NCBI GenBank assembly: GCA_048013815.1
Contig: CM106586.1
Coordinates: 16,120,001-16,184,000, forward strand
DNA from: Setoptus koraiensis
Lineage: Eukaryota; Animalia; Arthropoda
Direction: 5' to 3'
DNA: 64,000 bases
In this document: positions 34,191 to 46,870 of the stretch, in pieces
How the letters are laid out: each line of letters starts with the position of its first letter
Position numbering within the stretch: position 1 is the first letter of the stretch
Program-made: the position numbers and the translations under genes
Notes under the pieces: generated by a model
What the model was told of the DNA's origin: nothing
The model's database searches: none
What the model saw: the letters and a program-made list of their open reading frames with translations, nothing else

Positions 34191-35632
34191 TCACAAAAGG
34201 AGCCTCTTCTCTACTATGTCGACAATGTGTTCAGCAATGCTGAGCGATGATGTGGCAGCCGGTGATGGACAGTTTCTGACGTTCAATACATTTTTCCAAC
34301 CCTCTTGATCGCTCATGTCAAAAATGAAATCGTCAACTAGGTTACCATCGCGATCTACACATTGTGCTCTGATACCACAATGATTAGTGAAGCAGACATC
34401 GATTTCATCAATTTGAGGTAGAAACTTCCTTAACTGCTCAATTTGTTTTCTCCGACTCATTAAACGGTGGATCTCGTCCAAACCTGCTCTTATATAGTCT
34501 GGTCTCAGCAAAAGTTTGTATAGTCCTAGAGTTGTTAATAAACCGAAAGCATCCCTAGAGACAACATTTAGTAGGCCACCATCGTAGCTTTCGCGTCCGA
34601 AACTCAACATCGCGTTCGGTCCAACAATTACGGACCCATCTATTCTGGGCGTAATGTGCACTCCCAAAAATGGTACTCTTGGATTCGGCGCAGGATACAG
34701 ATTGGTCTTGATAGTTTTGGCCAGTTTAGGTTTTAATAGTAAATAATCACCTCTAAATGGCACAATCTTTGGATAAGTATCACAGTGAGATGCTTTGGCC
34801 AGAATGTCAGATTGAAGTCCGGCGCAAACTATTACTCTTTTAGCCTTCACTGATGCTGGTTGATTATTGCTGGCGCCCTGGAGAATTTCGATCAATGATG
34901 GATGGATCAACTTCAAGTCGTCTACTTTAAAACCAGTCATGATAGTTCCGCCCATTGTGACAAAATCATTGGCCATACAGTGGGCGACTTGTTTCCAATC
35001 AACGATGCCTGTATTAGGTGACCATAGTGCTTCCTGAGATGAGATGCAACCTGGCTGTATTTTGAGTATTTGGTTCTTCCCAATGAGTTCCACATCTTCT
35101 ATACCAGCGAGTTGACAGTTGTCAAATAGTTTACTTATGATATCCGTTTCATGTGAATCATTGGCCAAGATAAGTTTTCCACACTTTTTCACGGGAATAT
35201 TGTTTTCTAAACAATACTGAAATATCTTACTTGATCCCTCAATGCAAAGCTTACTCTTGATAGTATTTGGCTTGTAATAAATGCCTCTATGAATTACTCC
35301 AGAATTTCTGTGGCTTTGGTGAGTAGCTGAGACATGAAATCAGAACCAGAAGAAAGATTCTTTGTAATAGCTTCTATGTGGACGTTCGACTGTGATCGAT
35401 GAATTGTTTAGTTACCTAGTTCAGTTTCTTTCTCCAGCATACAAACGGACAATTTTGGATGGCACAATTTCAGGTGCCTCGCCGTTGCCGAGGCTAGAAG
35501 GGTACGGGCATAGAATTAGAATAGTATGAGAAGCTCAAGACACCATCATTATCGGACAATCGAACTGTGTTTTGTACCTACAATCCCGCCACCAATGATG
35601 GCCAAGTCATACGTTTTTCCAGAGGTAGCCAT
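34191..35632 (-). CDS. L2HGDH: L-2-hydroxyglutarate dehydrogenase
   Basis: Exons are 35632-35578, 35493-35416 and 35326-34191. It has YDLAIIGGGIV, HQSHRNSGVIHRGIYY, IVPFRGDY, PFLGVH and GIRAQ...NCPSPAATSSLSIA. Confidence 0.93.
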
Positions 35633-36169
35633 TGTTGTTCCAGGTTAATAAAACAATTGATGGACGCACTTATGACATGTAGGCTCTGTAAACTTAAACC
35701 TGTACAAATAAAAGATTTTTGTAATCCGTATGTGGGATAACTTATTACAATACTAATAAGTATTAGATATATCTCGGAACTTTAGTAAGTCATATTTTAT
35801 CCATACCATCTGACGACTTCAAAAGTCATTCTGGCACAGCAAGCTCAAAGTTTCACATGTGATGCTCGTAAATATTCATGAACGGATATTCTGCGTGGAT
35901 AATTGGTTACAACTGTATAAGCACATTTTATTTTTACTATCCATGCCTGAATATCTCTATCCACACATGCTGCAGGGAAACCCGGTTTAAAGCACGTGTG
36001 GTTAAAATGCAATTTTGTTGGTGTTTTGTTAGTTATTGTTTGGTTCTGAGATGCATGGTGACCTTATTATTGAAAAGCAAGGATAATCAAATAATCACAA
36101 AGCTCATTTATTTAAATACATTTAGATTACAATATCTTATAAATTAAATTAAATCAAATTCCGTCCATC

Positions 36170-38846
36170 ATGGGACGGAAAACGAAAGTAGGAAAACAAC
36201 GAAAGGATCGTTTCTATAAGTTAGCTAAAGAAACAGGTATGTTAAAGAGCTTGTAAACCCTTGTGACGTGATGAATTGGTACATTTCAATTGATCAACAA
36301 TTAATACTTTTCAAATCTAATTTATATCTTACCAAAATATAGGCTACAGATCCCGAGCGGCTTTCAAGCTGATTCAGATGAATAGAAAATTTGAATTCCT
36401 TGAGAAATCTCGAGTATGTATAGATTTGTGTGCCGCTCCAGGTGGATGGCTACAAGTTGCCTCGAAATTTATGCCCGTGTCGAGCGTTATCATCGGAGTG
36501 GATCTTGTTCCAATCAAACCAATTCACAATGTGATATCATTGCAAGCAGATATAACTACGGCAGAATGTGCCACCTTAATTGAAAACAATCTTAGTACCT
36601 GGAAGGCTGATCTTGTTTTGCACGATGGTGCTCCTAATGTAGGAAAAAATTGGCTTCAGGATGCTTATTCACAGAATGTCCTGGTCTTAAACGCTTTGAA
36701 GCTTGCTTGCAGGCATCTAGACAAAGGCGGATGGTTCATCACAAAGGTCTTTCGATCATCCGATTATAATTCGTTGATATGGGTTTTAGGAAAGTTATTT
36801 GGAAAGGTGCACGCAACTAAACCTCAAGCATCTAGATCTGAGTCCGCGGAAATATTTGTTGTATGCCAATACTATTTGAAACCGAGTGAAATAGATCCCA
36901 AGTTTTTCGACCCCGCAAGTTTGTTTGCAGATATTTCCGACTTTGATGAAACTCTCAAGAAACAAAAAGCAGACCTTCTCAAACCTGCTAGCAAGGTCAA
37001 GAAACCAAAAGCTATCGGATATGAATCTACCAATGTATTCAAAAGTGTTTCTGCCAGCAGTTTTATTGTCAATGATAATCACATGGATATTCTGGCTCAG
37101 TGTCATGAAATCAAAATCGACCAAGGTGATATTAGGAATCATCCTGCTACTACAGTCGAAATAATTGAATGTTGCAATGATATCAGAATTCTGGGAAAAA
37201 AAGAGCTCCTCAGTTTAATTGAATGGCGAAGAACATTGAGAAAGGATTTATATACTAAATTAAAATCTCTGATGGAAGGCAGTGATGATGTTCCCAAGGC
37301 CCAAGAAATGGATGACGTGAGTGACAGCTCAGTTGTTGATCCAGATGAAGAACCCGTCAGGGAGTTGAAGCTGGATGACATTGAGATGGAAGAGGAGGAG
37401 GAGAAACGTAGAGAAGCGAAAAAAGTTAAGAGGAAGGAGGAAAAACGCAAGAAAGATTACGAGCAAAGAGTACATTTCGGCATGGTCAATCATGGAGATA
37501 TACTCATCGAAGAAGAGCATGACTTATTTTCTTTGAAGAACATATCTGGTCAAAAACATCTCGATGCGTTGGATGATGCTTCTCCTGACACCGTAATTCA
37601 TACTCAAGCAGAAGAAGAGGAACGCCTTAAGAATGACACGGATCCAAAAGTATCAAATAAAAAATCCGATAAAAGAGTCACATTCAGTCGAGTTGATTCC
37701 TTAAAATATTTCAACGATCAAGACGATGCCGACGATGATGATGGTGACAATGATGATGATTCGCCAGAAAATGAGCCAAAATCAAGGAAAGAAACAAAGA
37801 TAGTCGCTCCGAAGATACTTAAGAAAAGTACAAAAAAGAATGCCTTCAACATTTTAGAAGCTGATGACGATGCTGAAGGTGGAGGACTGCTGACTGATTT
37901 AGAAGATATAGGTAGTCGTAAGGCTTCATTGGCCAATAGGTTTTTTGATCGTGATACCTTCAAAGATATAGATTTAGAAAGAGGACTCGAAATTGATGAA
38001 ATTGAAAAGCTTGCACCTAAAAAGAAAAACAAATCAAGTGACGGAATTTCCAAAAGCAAATCCTCTCCAGATACCGACAGCGATGATCAAGGTGTAGAGA
38101 ATGATTCAGACGAGGAAGCATACCAAGACGCTGTTGATGAGGAAAAGATTACAAAGAAACGTAAAGACAATGCTCTTGATCCCGAAGGCCTAGCCATCGC
38201 ATCTCTTATGCTCAGGTCGAAGAAAACTAAACGAGACATCGAGGACGAAGGCTGGAATAGATACACACACGCGGATACTCATCTCGCTCCGAAATGGTTC
38301 AGAGAAGAAGAGGCCAAATACTGTCGACGCAATGTGCCTGTGAGCCAAGAGCTTGTTAACGAGTACAAGCAGAAACTAAAAGAGATTGATTCCAAACCAA
38401 TTAAAAAAGTAATCCAAGCAAAAGCCCGTAAGAAGAAGCGCGCTCTCAGGAAAATGGATAAAGTGAGGAAGAAGGTTGAATCAATCACTTCTAATGAAGA
38501 TATAACCCAGAAAGAACGAATACAACAAGTTAGGTCAGTTTACAAGAATGCTACTAAAACGAAAAGGCAGGAAGTTAAATTAGTCGTTGGTAGAAAAGGA
38601 CTCCCCCCAAACAAGCCAAACAAGGGCAAATATAAGATGGTAGATCCAAGAATGAAGAAAGACTTGAGATCCAAAAAGGGTGCGGCTGGTAAGAAGGGTA
38701 AACAAAAGACCAAATCCAAAGGTGGCTCCAAATCAAAAGAAAAGTCAAGCAAAAGCAGTTTCAAACCTAGAGGCAAATTCAGCAAAGGCAAATCTCCAAA
38801 GGGCAAATCTAAAAAAGGAGGCGCACGTTCCAAAAGTAGGTTCTGA
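36170..38846 (+). CDS. FTSJ3: Pre-rRNA 2'-O-methyltransferase FTSJ3/Spb1
   Basis: Exons are 36170-36236 (MGRKTKVGKQRKDRFYKLAKET) and 36343-38846. It has GYRSRAAFKLIQ, DLCAAPGGW, LHDGAPNVG, TKVFRS and SAEIFVVC (K-D-K-E tetrad intact), plus a Spb1_C domain. Confidence 0.97.
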
Positions 38847-38858
38847 TTTTATAGTAAT

Positions 38859-39370
38859 TTATGAAAGAATTGGTTCTTCTTTTTGGAAATCTACTCGCTC
38901 AACCTTGACTTCGACTCCGTTGAGCTGGTAGACGTAGCTAGAAACATTTGTCGCTTGAATATCCATTAATACAAATGACGGAACCACATTGACTTCCAGA
39001 GCACTATATGCGCCTGAAGCCGAGCCCGGGTTTATAAAGAATTTTCCATTGTGCTCATAGGCCTCATATTTGTGGGTATGACCTGTTATAAGAATATCGA
39101 CATCTAATTGCTCTTGTAATAGCGACAGTCTATCCTTGTCACCCCAAGGCACAAGTTGATGGCCATGGCATAAACCTATTTTGAATTTACCAATGGTGAT
39201 TACTTTATTGTCTGGATAATTTGTTGTTTCCTAGATAACGTCAATAAAATTTGCATATTTGTATTAGTTAAATTGAGTCAGTGGTGAAGAAGAGATTACT
39301 AAGAAAGAAAAAGGTGAAACTCTCGATCTTGGAGCATCTGCAACCTACATCATCAAAATCTCCTTTGACT
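38859..39370 (-). CDS. VPS29: Vacuolar protein sorting 29 (retromer), 3' part; the 5' part lies in or next to the assembly gap
   Basis: Exon fragment 39370-39349 (VKGDFDD) and exon 39230-38859 ([15 protein letters not shown]...DILITGHTH...[10 protein letters not shown]...PSFVLMDI). Confidence 0.95.
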
Positions 39371-39870
39371 NNNNNNNNNNNNNNNNNNNNNNNNNNNNNN
39401 NNNNNNNNNNNNNNNNNNNNNNNNNNNNNNNNNNNNNNNNNNNNNNNNNNNNNNNNNNNNNNNNNNNNNNNNNNNNNNNNNNNNNNNNNNNNNNNNNNNN
39501 NNNNNNNNNNNNNNNNNNNNNNNNNNNNNNNNNNNNNNNNNNNNNNNNNNNNNNNNNNNNNNNNNNNNNNNNNNNNNNNNNNNNNNNNNNNNNNNNNNNN
39601 NNNNNNNNNNNNNNNNNNNNNNNNNNNNNNNNNNNNNNNNNNNNNNNNNNNNNNNNNNNNNNNNNNNNNNNNNNNNNNNNNNNNNNNNNNNNNNNNNNNN
39701 NNNNNNNNNNNNNNNNNNNNNNNNNNNNNNNNNNNNNNNNNNNNNNNNNNNNNNNNNNNNNNNNNNNNNNNNNNNNNNNNNNNNNNNNNNNNNNNNNNNN
39801 NNNNNNNNNNNNNNNNNNNNNNNNNNNNNNNNNNNNNNNNNNNNNNNNNNNNNNNNNNNNNNNNNNNNNN
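39371..39870. other. Assembly gap (500 N)
   Basis: Run of N. Confidence 1.
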
Positions 39871-40021
39871 TACTTTAATAATAAAACAGCACCAAAAACA
39901 TCCTTTGTAAAATTTGCCAACTTTTACACGTAGCAGCTGATATCGATGGGTTTGACCATAGTGTTGTAGTCATAGGTTATATTTTTGTTTCATGTGGATA
40001 TGTCCTTGAATATCTGTTGAC

Positions 40022-41314
40022 CTAAACGTCTTCTTGTGGGTCCATCTCTTGTTTCTTTTGACCGTCATATCCATCATGATCATCGGGACTGGCAGAGGCC
40101 CTGTTATTTTCTTGCTTTGAATCATGCACATGATTAGATCGCCTATCGTCGGATCGGGAACGGCTGCGCAATTGTTTTGGTGAGCCATTGCGGCTCCTAG
40201 ATCGTCTGTTTTCAGGAGATCTACTTCTAGATCGAGAACGAGACCTAGAGCGTGAGGGAATCTTTCTGCTGCTATGTAGTTGCGGTTTCGGGCGTCTATT
40301 TAAAGAATTACTCCTGCTTCTTGATCTGAAGCTGCGCGATCTGCTCCTTGAGCGTGACCGACTGCGAGAACGCGATGCAGATGCTTTGACTTTTGACCGG
40401 GATCTCGAACGAGACCTTGATCTCGATTGATGTTTCTGTTGTCTACCTCTTGATCTGGACAATGATCGCGACCTTGATCTTGATCTTGATCGAGACCTTG
40501 ATCTGGATCTCGATCTGCTACGACTTCTAGATACATTGTCGCGAGCTCCGCCTCTAGATCGACTTCTCGATCGTGATTTAGAGCGAGACCTTGAGCGAGA
40601 TCGAGATTTGGAACGTGAACGCGACCTTGATCTACCACCACCTCTGCGGCCATTACCTCCGCGGTCGCCAGTGCGGCGTGATTTGTCTTCGATAACTTTT
40701 ATACGTCTACCTTGCAACTCTTCGCCGGTCAGTTTCTCTATGGCATTCTTCATGTCACTGAATGAAGCGAAGTCAACAATACCCATGTTGCGCTCTCTTT
40801 TGTGCGCGTCCGCGAATGTGACCTCACCTGCTTGTCGCATAAAGTCTTTTAGATCCTGCCAACTGACTCTGCTGCTAAGATTTTCAATTATAACTCTATA
40901 TTCAGTGTTCCTAGGTGGTCCATATTTTTCCGCATAGGTGACACCGCCACCGCGTCCTCCACCTCCTCCGGCGCTGTCACCACCTGATCGGCCATTGTAA
41001 TTGTTCCTGAAACGTGATCCTGGTCCTCCTCCTCCTCGTGATCCTAGTCCTCCGCGTCCACCCGGCCCACTGCCGCGGCTACCACGTGGTGGGCCGCGAG
41101 CAAATTCGACATGTACTCGTTCTCCTTTGAGCTCGCGTCCATTCATATATCTGACGGCGTCCTCGGCGTCTCTGGTACTTTCAAATTCAACAAAAGCGAA
41201 TCCGTCTTTGATTAACACCTCCCTCACGGGGCCGTAGCTCTTGAAGAAACGTTCTATGTCACGTTCTCTTACATCATATGCCAAACGTCCCACATAGACG
41301 CGTCTCGTTGCCAT
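40022..41314 (-). CDS. B52: SR splicing factor of the SRSF4/5/6 (B52/SRp55) family, intronless
   Basis: RRM1 RVYVGRL...FAFVEF, a Gly-rich linker, the pseudo-RRM with [17 protein letters not shown], and a long RS domain. Confidence 0.95.
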   Translation of the reverse strand: MATRRVYVGRLAYDVRERDIERFFKSYGPVREVLIKDGFAFVEFESTRDAEDAVRYMNGRELKGERVHVEFARGPPRGSRGSGPGGRGGLGSRGGGGPGSRFRNNYNGRSGGDSAGGGGGRGGGVTYAEKYGPPRNTEYRVIIENLSSRVSWQDLKDFMRQAGEVTFADAHKRERNMGIVDFASFSDMKNAIEKLTGEELQGRRIKVIEDKSRRTGDRGGNGRRGGGRSRSRSRSKSRSRSRSRSKSRSRSRSRGGARDNVSRSRSRSRSRSRSRSRSRSRSRSLSRSRGRQQKHQSRSRSRSRSRSKVKASASRSRSRSRSRSRSRSFRSRSRSNSLNRRPKPQLHSSRKIPSRSRSRSRSRSRSPENRRSRSRNGSPKQLRSRSRSDDRRSNHVHDSKQENNRASASPDDHDGYDGQKKQEMDPQEDV

Positions 41315-41981
41315 GTTATTGAATTCTGATACAATTATATTTATATATGTGATTTAAATATAATTTTGTGTTTAATATATCACAAGCAATCAGCTTGTTA
41401 ATTATTGTAGATATAAATTATTATTTTATGCCTAATAATGATAATAGGTTTGAAGGCATTAAGTATTATAATGCAATCTGCCTAGCGCAGCTAAAGGCAG
41501 AAGAGTACGGTGAAAGTGGTTTGGAAACGAGAAGCTGTAGAAACTAACACATTTTTGCTATTTTCAAAGGCGCCATGTTTGAAAGCGCAACTTTTCATTC
41601 GGGCTGTTTGTATGCTAAACTCTTAGGCCTGTTTCCTTTTACTAAATAAAATGAGTCAACGTGCTCTCGCTCCTGTGGCGACCCGGCGGCTCATTCAAAC
41701 AAATCGACACTTTGATTATAACACAACAGCTTTATCAATGATTATTAATCAATGATTTATTGATAAATAGCTATCATGTGAATGCTATCGAAAACTGATA
41801 TGATAGCGGTGTTATCCGCCTGACGACATGTGAACCTTAGATGGCTCAAACAAGCTAGCTACAAAATGTTGATAACGAGTAGACATTTACTGTGCACTCG
41901 CAGTAAGGTAAAAACTTTTATTTGTTTGATGAGAGTTTAATGAACGATGTCATCATGTATCGTTATCATCTAAAATCTGCC

Positions 41982-43248
41982 CTAGTCAGGTGCGTCGAGC
42001 ATCAACCTTGGTACCACAGGTGTTGTAAGTTGCTTGAAATCTGGCGACATATCTTTTTCTTTGAACAACTTCTTGGTCAGGTTATAATAGAAGCGAGAAT
42101 GAAGGATATCTCCACCATTGTCTCCCATCGTGTTGTTGCTTGAAACTTGAGGCGTCAAACTGGATGCGGAGCTATCGGTTATTAGGTTCCTTTGCTGTAT
42201 GGTGAATGATATGTTACCATACTCTTTCAAAAACGGAAATATAGCCAACAGAAATGTACAAAAGTCTGTTCTCATACCAAACCACCATAAGCTGCCATGC
42301 TTTGAGCCAAATGACAATCTAGTTAATATAGCCAGTGTTACAAATAGGGGTATGCATGTTACAAAATAGCTTGGTGTATGTTGAGCATTTTGTGCAGAAT
42401 CTAGTTTGCTTGTAAACAGTATCAAGAATAACAACATGGGCAAGAATACCATGGATGAAGATGAGGCGGATTGTAAGCTTGCTCGGCGTTGTTCTGCTGC
42501 TATATCGGTGGACCTCATTAGGATAGCAGCAAATATCATGGCGTAAAGAACAGCAACTATGGCGAAGCACATGAGAATCCATGCTGGCACAAATACTACA
42601 ACCCATGACCAATTGATAAAATTGTCTAATTTCAATGCAATCAATATAAATTGTAGTATGTTGACGGAGGCGAAAAATTCCAATTCTAAGCTACATCCAT
42701 TTTTAATGGACCAAATACATACTGATATGGAAAGTAAAGATATAAATATTAATGGCACAAATACTAATGTCCATGAGTGCCGCCTAGATTCTAATTTATC
42801 GCAGACTAATAATTCAAACATAAGAAGAAGCAACTGAAGTGACACAGATATGAGCATTGATTTGAAATGGATATAGCTTGAGTTGCTCAGTCTGTAGTCG
42901 GGATTCTTGAACCAGATAATTGTGCCAACTGTGGCTCCCGAGATGGCAATAAATTTCCATAACCACAAAGGTGAAAATATTAGCCAATAGGACAGAGTGA
43001 TCTTACCATCTAGACGGAGACTTAATAATAGGCTAAATATAAGTAAACTTGTGAATACTATAAATTTACTGTAGTGGCATTGGAAGTGATGTGTGATTAA
43101 GATAGGAGATGAAGAGATATTGTTAGCGCAAATAATAGACAATTGTCATGTGAGAAGGATTTTGTTATCATCAAGTCGACAGGCGGTTATTATTTGATGT
43201 TGTCACTCACCTAGGATTGAAATCCTGCAGTAGGGTTTGCAAATTCAT
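41982..43248 (-). CDS. TMEM185: Transmembrane protein 185
   Basis: Exons are 43248-43211 (MNLQTLLQDFNPS, cf. MNLRGLFQDFNPSKF) and 43068-41982. It has LRLDG...FSPLWLWK, LLMFELLVCDKLE, a WWFGMRxDFC motif and a terminal LDAPD. Confidence 0.93.
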
Positions 43249-43956
43249 CAGAGTAATAGTCATGTTCCAGCCAATAGTCTAAATGTCTTGTAGCCAGCGT
43301 TTGAAGATCTAAACAGGCCTAATGTGAATCCTTGTTTCTCATTATTCATACTTTTTCTATACAAATAATCTATGTATTGTTGTTGTTGTTGCTATCAATG
43401 ACCGTCTAATATTAAACGCCCATTGTTGCCTAGCCTGTTTTGAGCTTCTTCTAGGAAACGGTATTCTGGAGCATTCACGAAGGAACCATAATTAGCTAAA
43501 TCTCAGATGAATGTACTTGATTAATGATGATGTTTTTCATTGTTCTGACAGGATAGCGAATGTTCTGTTGAGTATGACCGCTTACATTGATATGTGGACG
43601 AACAATGTTATTCTTCTTGTATCAGTGCTGCTTTTATATATCGAACCATAGTAACACAACTCTCTCTCTCTCTCTCTGCTTCTGCGTTCAGAATTATTTT
43701 TCATTGCGCAGAAATTCTGTCACGGAATGAAAGAGAATCTAGAGTTCAACACGAATATCCAATATAAATATAGTGTAGCTCGCGTTCGTTATTTTAGCGA
43801 TGTTGTTTACTTTTTTTATTAATAACGTCAACATGGGTTTCTATGGTCTATAGAACTACTAAAACAATAAAGATAAGATAGAACACCATAAAATCAATTG
43901 AAAATTTTATCTCTTGCCAAGAGTGTGCTGAGATTACTATCTTCTTCCTTCGAATC

Positions 43957-44773
43957 CTACGTGCATGATGATAGACCATAATCAGGGTAAGCTGATTGAG
44001 ATCTCATATCACTCATGTTAGATGTATTCGGTGGCGAAGGCAATATTCGCGGAATGCGAGGCAGCGCACTTTGGGGCGTTATATCAAAACGACCTAGGGA
44101 GGTGGCAAGATCTCTTGAATTGTCTCTTTTGAGGCGACCATCAGAGTGTCCGGATGATGCTGTGCAAGTCTTGTTAGCCGAGTCTCCGTCAATAGATTGT
44201 TGAGTTGCTGATATCTGTTTTGCTCGTGCTGTGTTATTTGAAAGCGAGGGATATGAATTGATTTGTGATGGTAAAATAATAGGTCTGTCATCGTCGACGG
44301 AGGTATCATTGAAATCTAGTGAACTTATATTGCTGTTGAGGTTGTCTAGAGCCATGCGTTGTCTCCTCAATTCTTTGAGTTCTTTGTTTATTGCATCTAT
44401 TGAAGATGAAAAATAGCTTGTTTGCTCTTGTGTCTCTAGATTTGTACTAATTGGATTGCGGACAGTCTTTGTTAATTGAGCTCTACTCGACAAGCTCCTG
44501 AATGGCGTGGTTTGTGTATAGGAGTTATAGTTCGGCCTAGGAATCAAAGCTTGAGATGAGTTAGCGCATTGACCGAGATCGAAGGATCTGTAGTCTGCAA
44601 CAACGCTGGGACTGTGGTGAATGTGATCTAAATAATTGGGTAAGTTGATCGAGGATTGATTGCTGTGAGTGTCTTGATTCAAAATAGTGAAACTCTGGCT
44701 AGAAAACTTCAGACCCGCTTCAAAATCCGCATCCTTATCCAGATTTTTCTGTTGTTGTTGCTGCTGCAAAAGT

Positions 44774-44834
<61 letters not shown>

Positions 44835-46119
44835 GCTGCTGCTGCTGTTGTTGTTGTTGTTGCTGTTGTTGTTGTTTCTGCTGTTGATGTTGTTGCTGCA
44901 GTTCCTTTTGTTGATGCAAGTGTTGTTGTTCCTGATCCTGGTCAATAGGTGCTTGCTGAATATTTTTAGATGGCGTCAAACTGATTGCCATGTGATTCGG
45001 TTTTGACACTGAGGAGAGCATTTGCTTCTCTTGTAGTTTTGGCGATCTCAGGGCAAGTATTAGCCGCTTTGGGATGGACATAACGATGACAACGTCGTCT
45101 AAGCTCATTCCCTGGATATCTACAAAATTGACGGATAGTATTTCATCTCCAACATTCAAGATATTTCCATTGAATATAGGACTGTCATAGCCGATTCTCG
45201 TAATTATAACACCATCTCTGAGGGATATCCTTCCTGGTGAATCATTGAAAGTGATAGTATTTATGTAAAGACCCAAGGTTTGACCTGGCCTCTTGATGAT
45301 CTCAACAAATCTGATTGACCACCTTGTAGGATCGAGCAAATATTGCTCATGATATCGTCTTATAGTGTCCTCGTTGACATATTTGTTTAGTTCGTTTGAC
45401 TCTAATTCGCGAGTTAACACTTCTCCTCTCTTTTCCACGGCCTCTAAATGTACACTCATGTCGAACTGTTTCTCAACTGCTTCTAGCTGTCTGAATACCT
45501 CCGAGCTAAGCGCGCCTATTTTTCTTACGTCATTCCTCAACACTATACTATTAGGATTAGCTCGAATATTTGAATGGTGATGAATCCCGTCAGGATTATT
45601 TGTAATTCTGAGATTATTGCTCGTAACTGAACTGGTGGCCATGAAATATGGGTTTTCAATTCTTCTCAATGGAGCATTCAAGAAGTTACTGGACATATAG
45701 GTGTCGTAACGATTTTGAGTATTGAATATGGTGGCGTATGGTGATGCGACATAATTTGCTTGCTGTGCTGGTTGTAATGAGTGGGCAAAAAAAGATTTAT
45801 TTTGATTGTTTTGATGATTGGCCAGAATCACAGGATGTGTTAGTAACATGTAAGGTTGATGCTGACGATGTTGTGCTTGCGCTGGATAGGCCAAAGTCAA
45901 GCTACTTCCCTCGCCTATCATGTGTCTGTTACGCCAGTAATTTTCACTTTGATCCTTCAATATTTAATACATTGTAGGATCGATTGAGTATTTTATGATA
46001 TTTACATTAGTTTTATGTTGCATACATAAAAGATAGAATGGTCACCGAAACCTTACCTTTGTTGTATCTAGGCCACAGCAACATGCCATGGGCCCCATAC
46101 TTGGTTGTATCCTAAACAT
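43957..46119 (-). CDS. Syd-1/RhoGAP100F-like PDZ protein lacking C2 and RhoGAP domains
   Basis: Main exon 45954-43957, with a probable first exon 46119-46057 (MFRIQPSMGPMACCCGLDTTK). LSSEVFRQLEAVE and the PDZ RFVEIIKRPGQTLGLYI...VGDEILSVN...MSLDDVVIVMSIPKRLIL match the Syd-1 N-terminus and PDZ as recalled. Confidence 0.75.
44773..44874 (-). repeat. Coding CAA/CAG repeat, 34 consecutive Gln
   Basis: The 102-nt run of (TTG/CTG)n on the + strand is in frame in the Syd-1-like ORF. Confidence 0.95.
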
Positions 46120-46809
46120 TTTTAACAATAACAATGAAAACAACGAAATGAATTGGCCAATTTTTGCATTAGCATATTTTTTATGATGTGAAAGTACTAA
46201 ATGAGTTTTGTGATGATTTATTCCTATAATATTCGCTCATCCTCGCATTCTTTATATGTGTATATACATAAATATAAATATTCACTCACTATATTCCCAT
46301 TCAGAATGTCATAGCACCTGAGACAGGTCACACAATGAGTGCTCGTGCAACTGGGTCACACGTACTACCACCAGTTAGATACAATCGGAACTACATAGGA
46401 AGCCTCACTCCTGTAGTGTGGATACTACAATGGAGAGCATTCACTCTGGTGTAGATTTGTAATGTATGGCAAGCTAGCTCGCCAGCGGGCAAACTCACTG
46501 GCAAACGAGCACATCGCTTCTTGCATCAGAAAGGAGTACGAGCTTTTTACGCGAAATCATCCACAGAGCAGTCGCAGTTGTGTGTTTGCAACTGTGTATG
46601 AGATAATGGAGTGACTCTTCAAAATTTTTATTTAATTATTCCAAATATTAGGGAAAAAAGTCACATGATAGCGTATACTTGTTCAGCTCGACCAACCTAG
46701 GACACATATACTGATGCCATTCCCTTCTGGGTCGTCCAGTCGACTAAGTTTCCTTGTGATCGAATATATCATAACATTTCAGACACCCTGTACGGATAGT
46801 ATATGCGTA

Positions 46810-46812
<3 letters not shown>

Positions 46813-46861
<49 letters not shown>
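46813..46861. repeat. Perfect (AT)24 microsatellite just downstream of the COX18 stop
   Basis: Read directly. Confidence 0.97.
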
Positions 46862-46862
<1 letters not shown>

Positions 46863-46870
46863 TTGATTGT

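Noticed and set aside
35400-35600. L2HGDH Rossmann motif reads GGGIVA rather than GGGIVG
   Set aside because: GxGxxA is tolerated in dinucleotide-binding folds and the rest of the enzyme is intact.
39281-39920. ORFs of 209 and 191 aa spanning the N run
   Set aside because: Artefacts of translating the assembly gap.
40188-41237. Antisense and alternative-frame ORFs over the RS domain, and poly-Leu/poly-Cys ORFs over the polyQ (44656-45006)
   Set aside because: Shadows of low-complexity coding repeats.
46326-46361. Two GGTCACAC copies resembling Drosophila promoter motif 1; likewise TATCGATA (DRE-like) at 49569
   Set aside because: Short motifs with no TSS data, and it is unknown whether these factors operate in this lineage.
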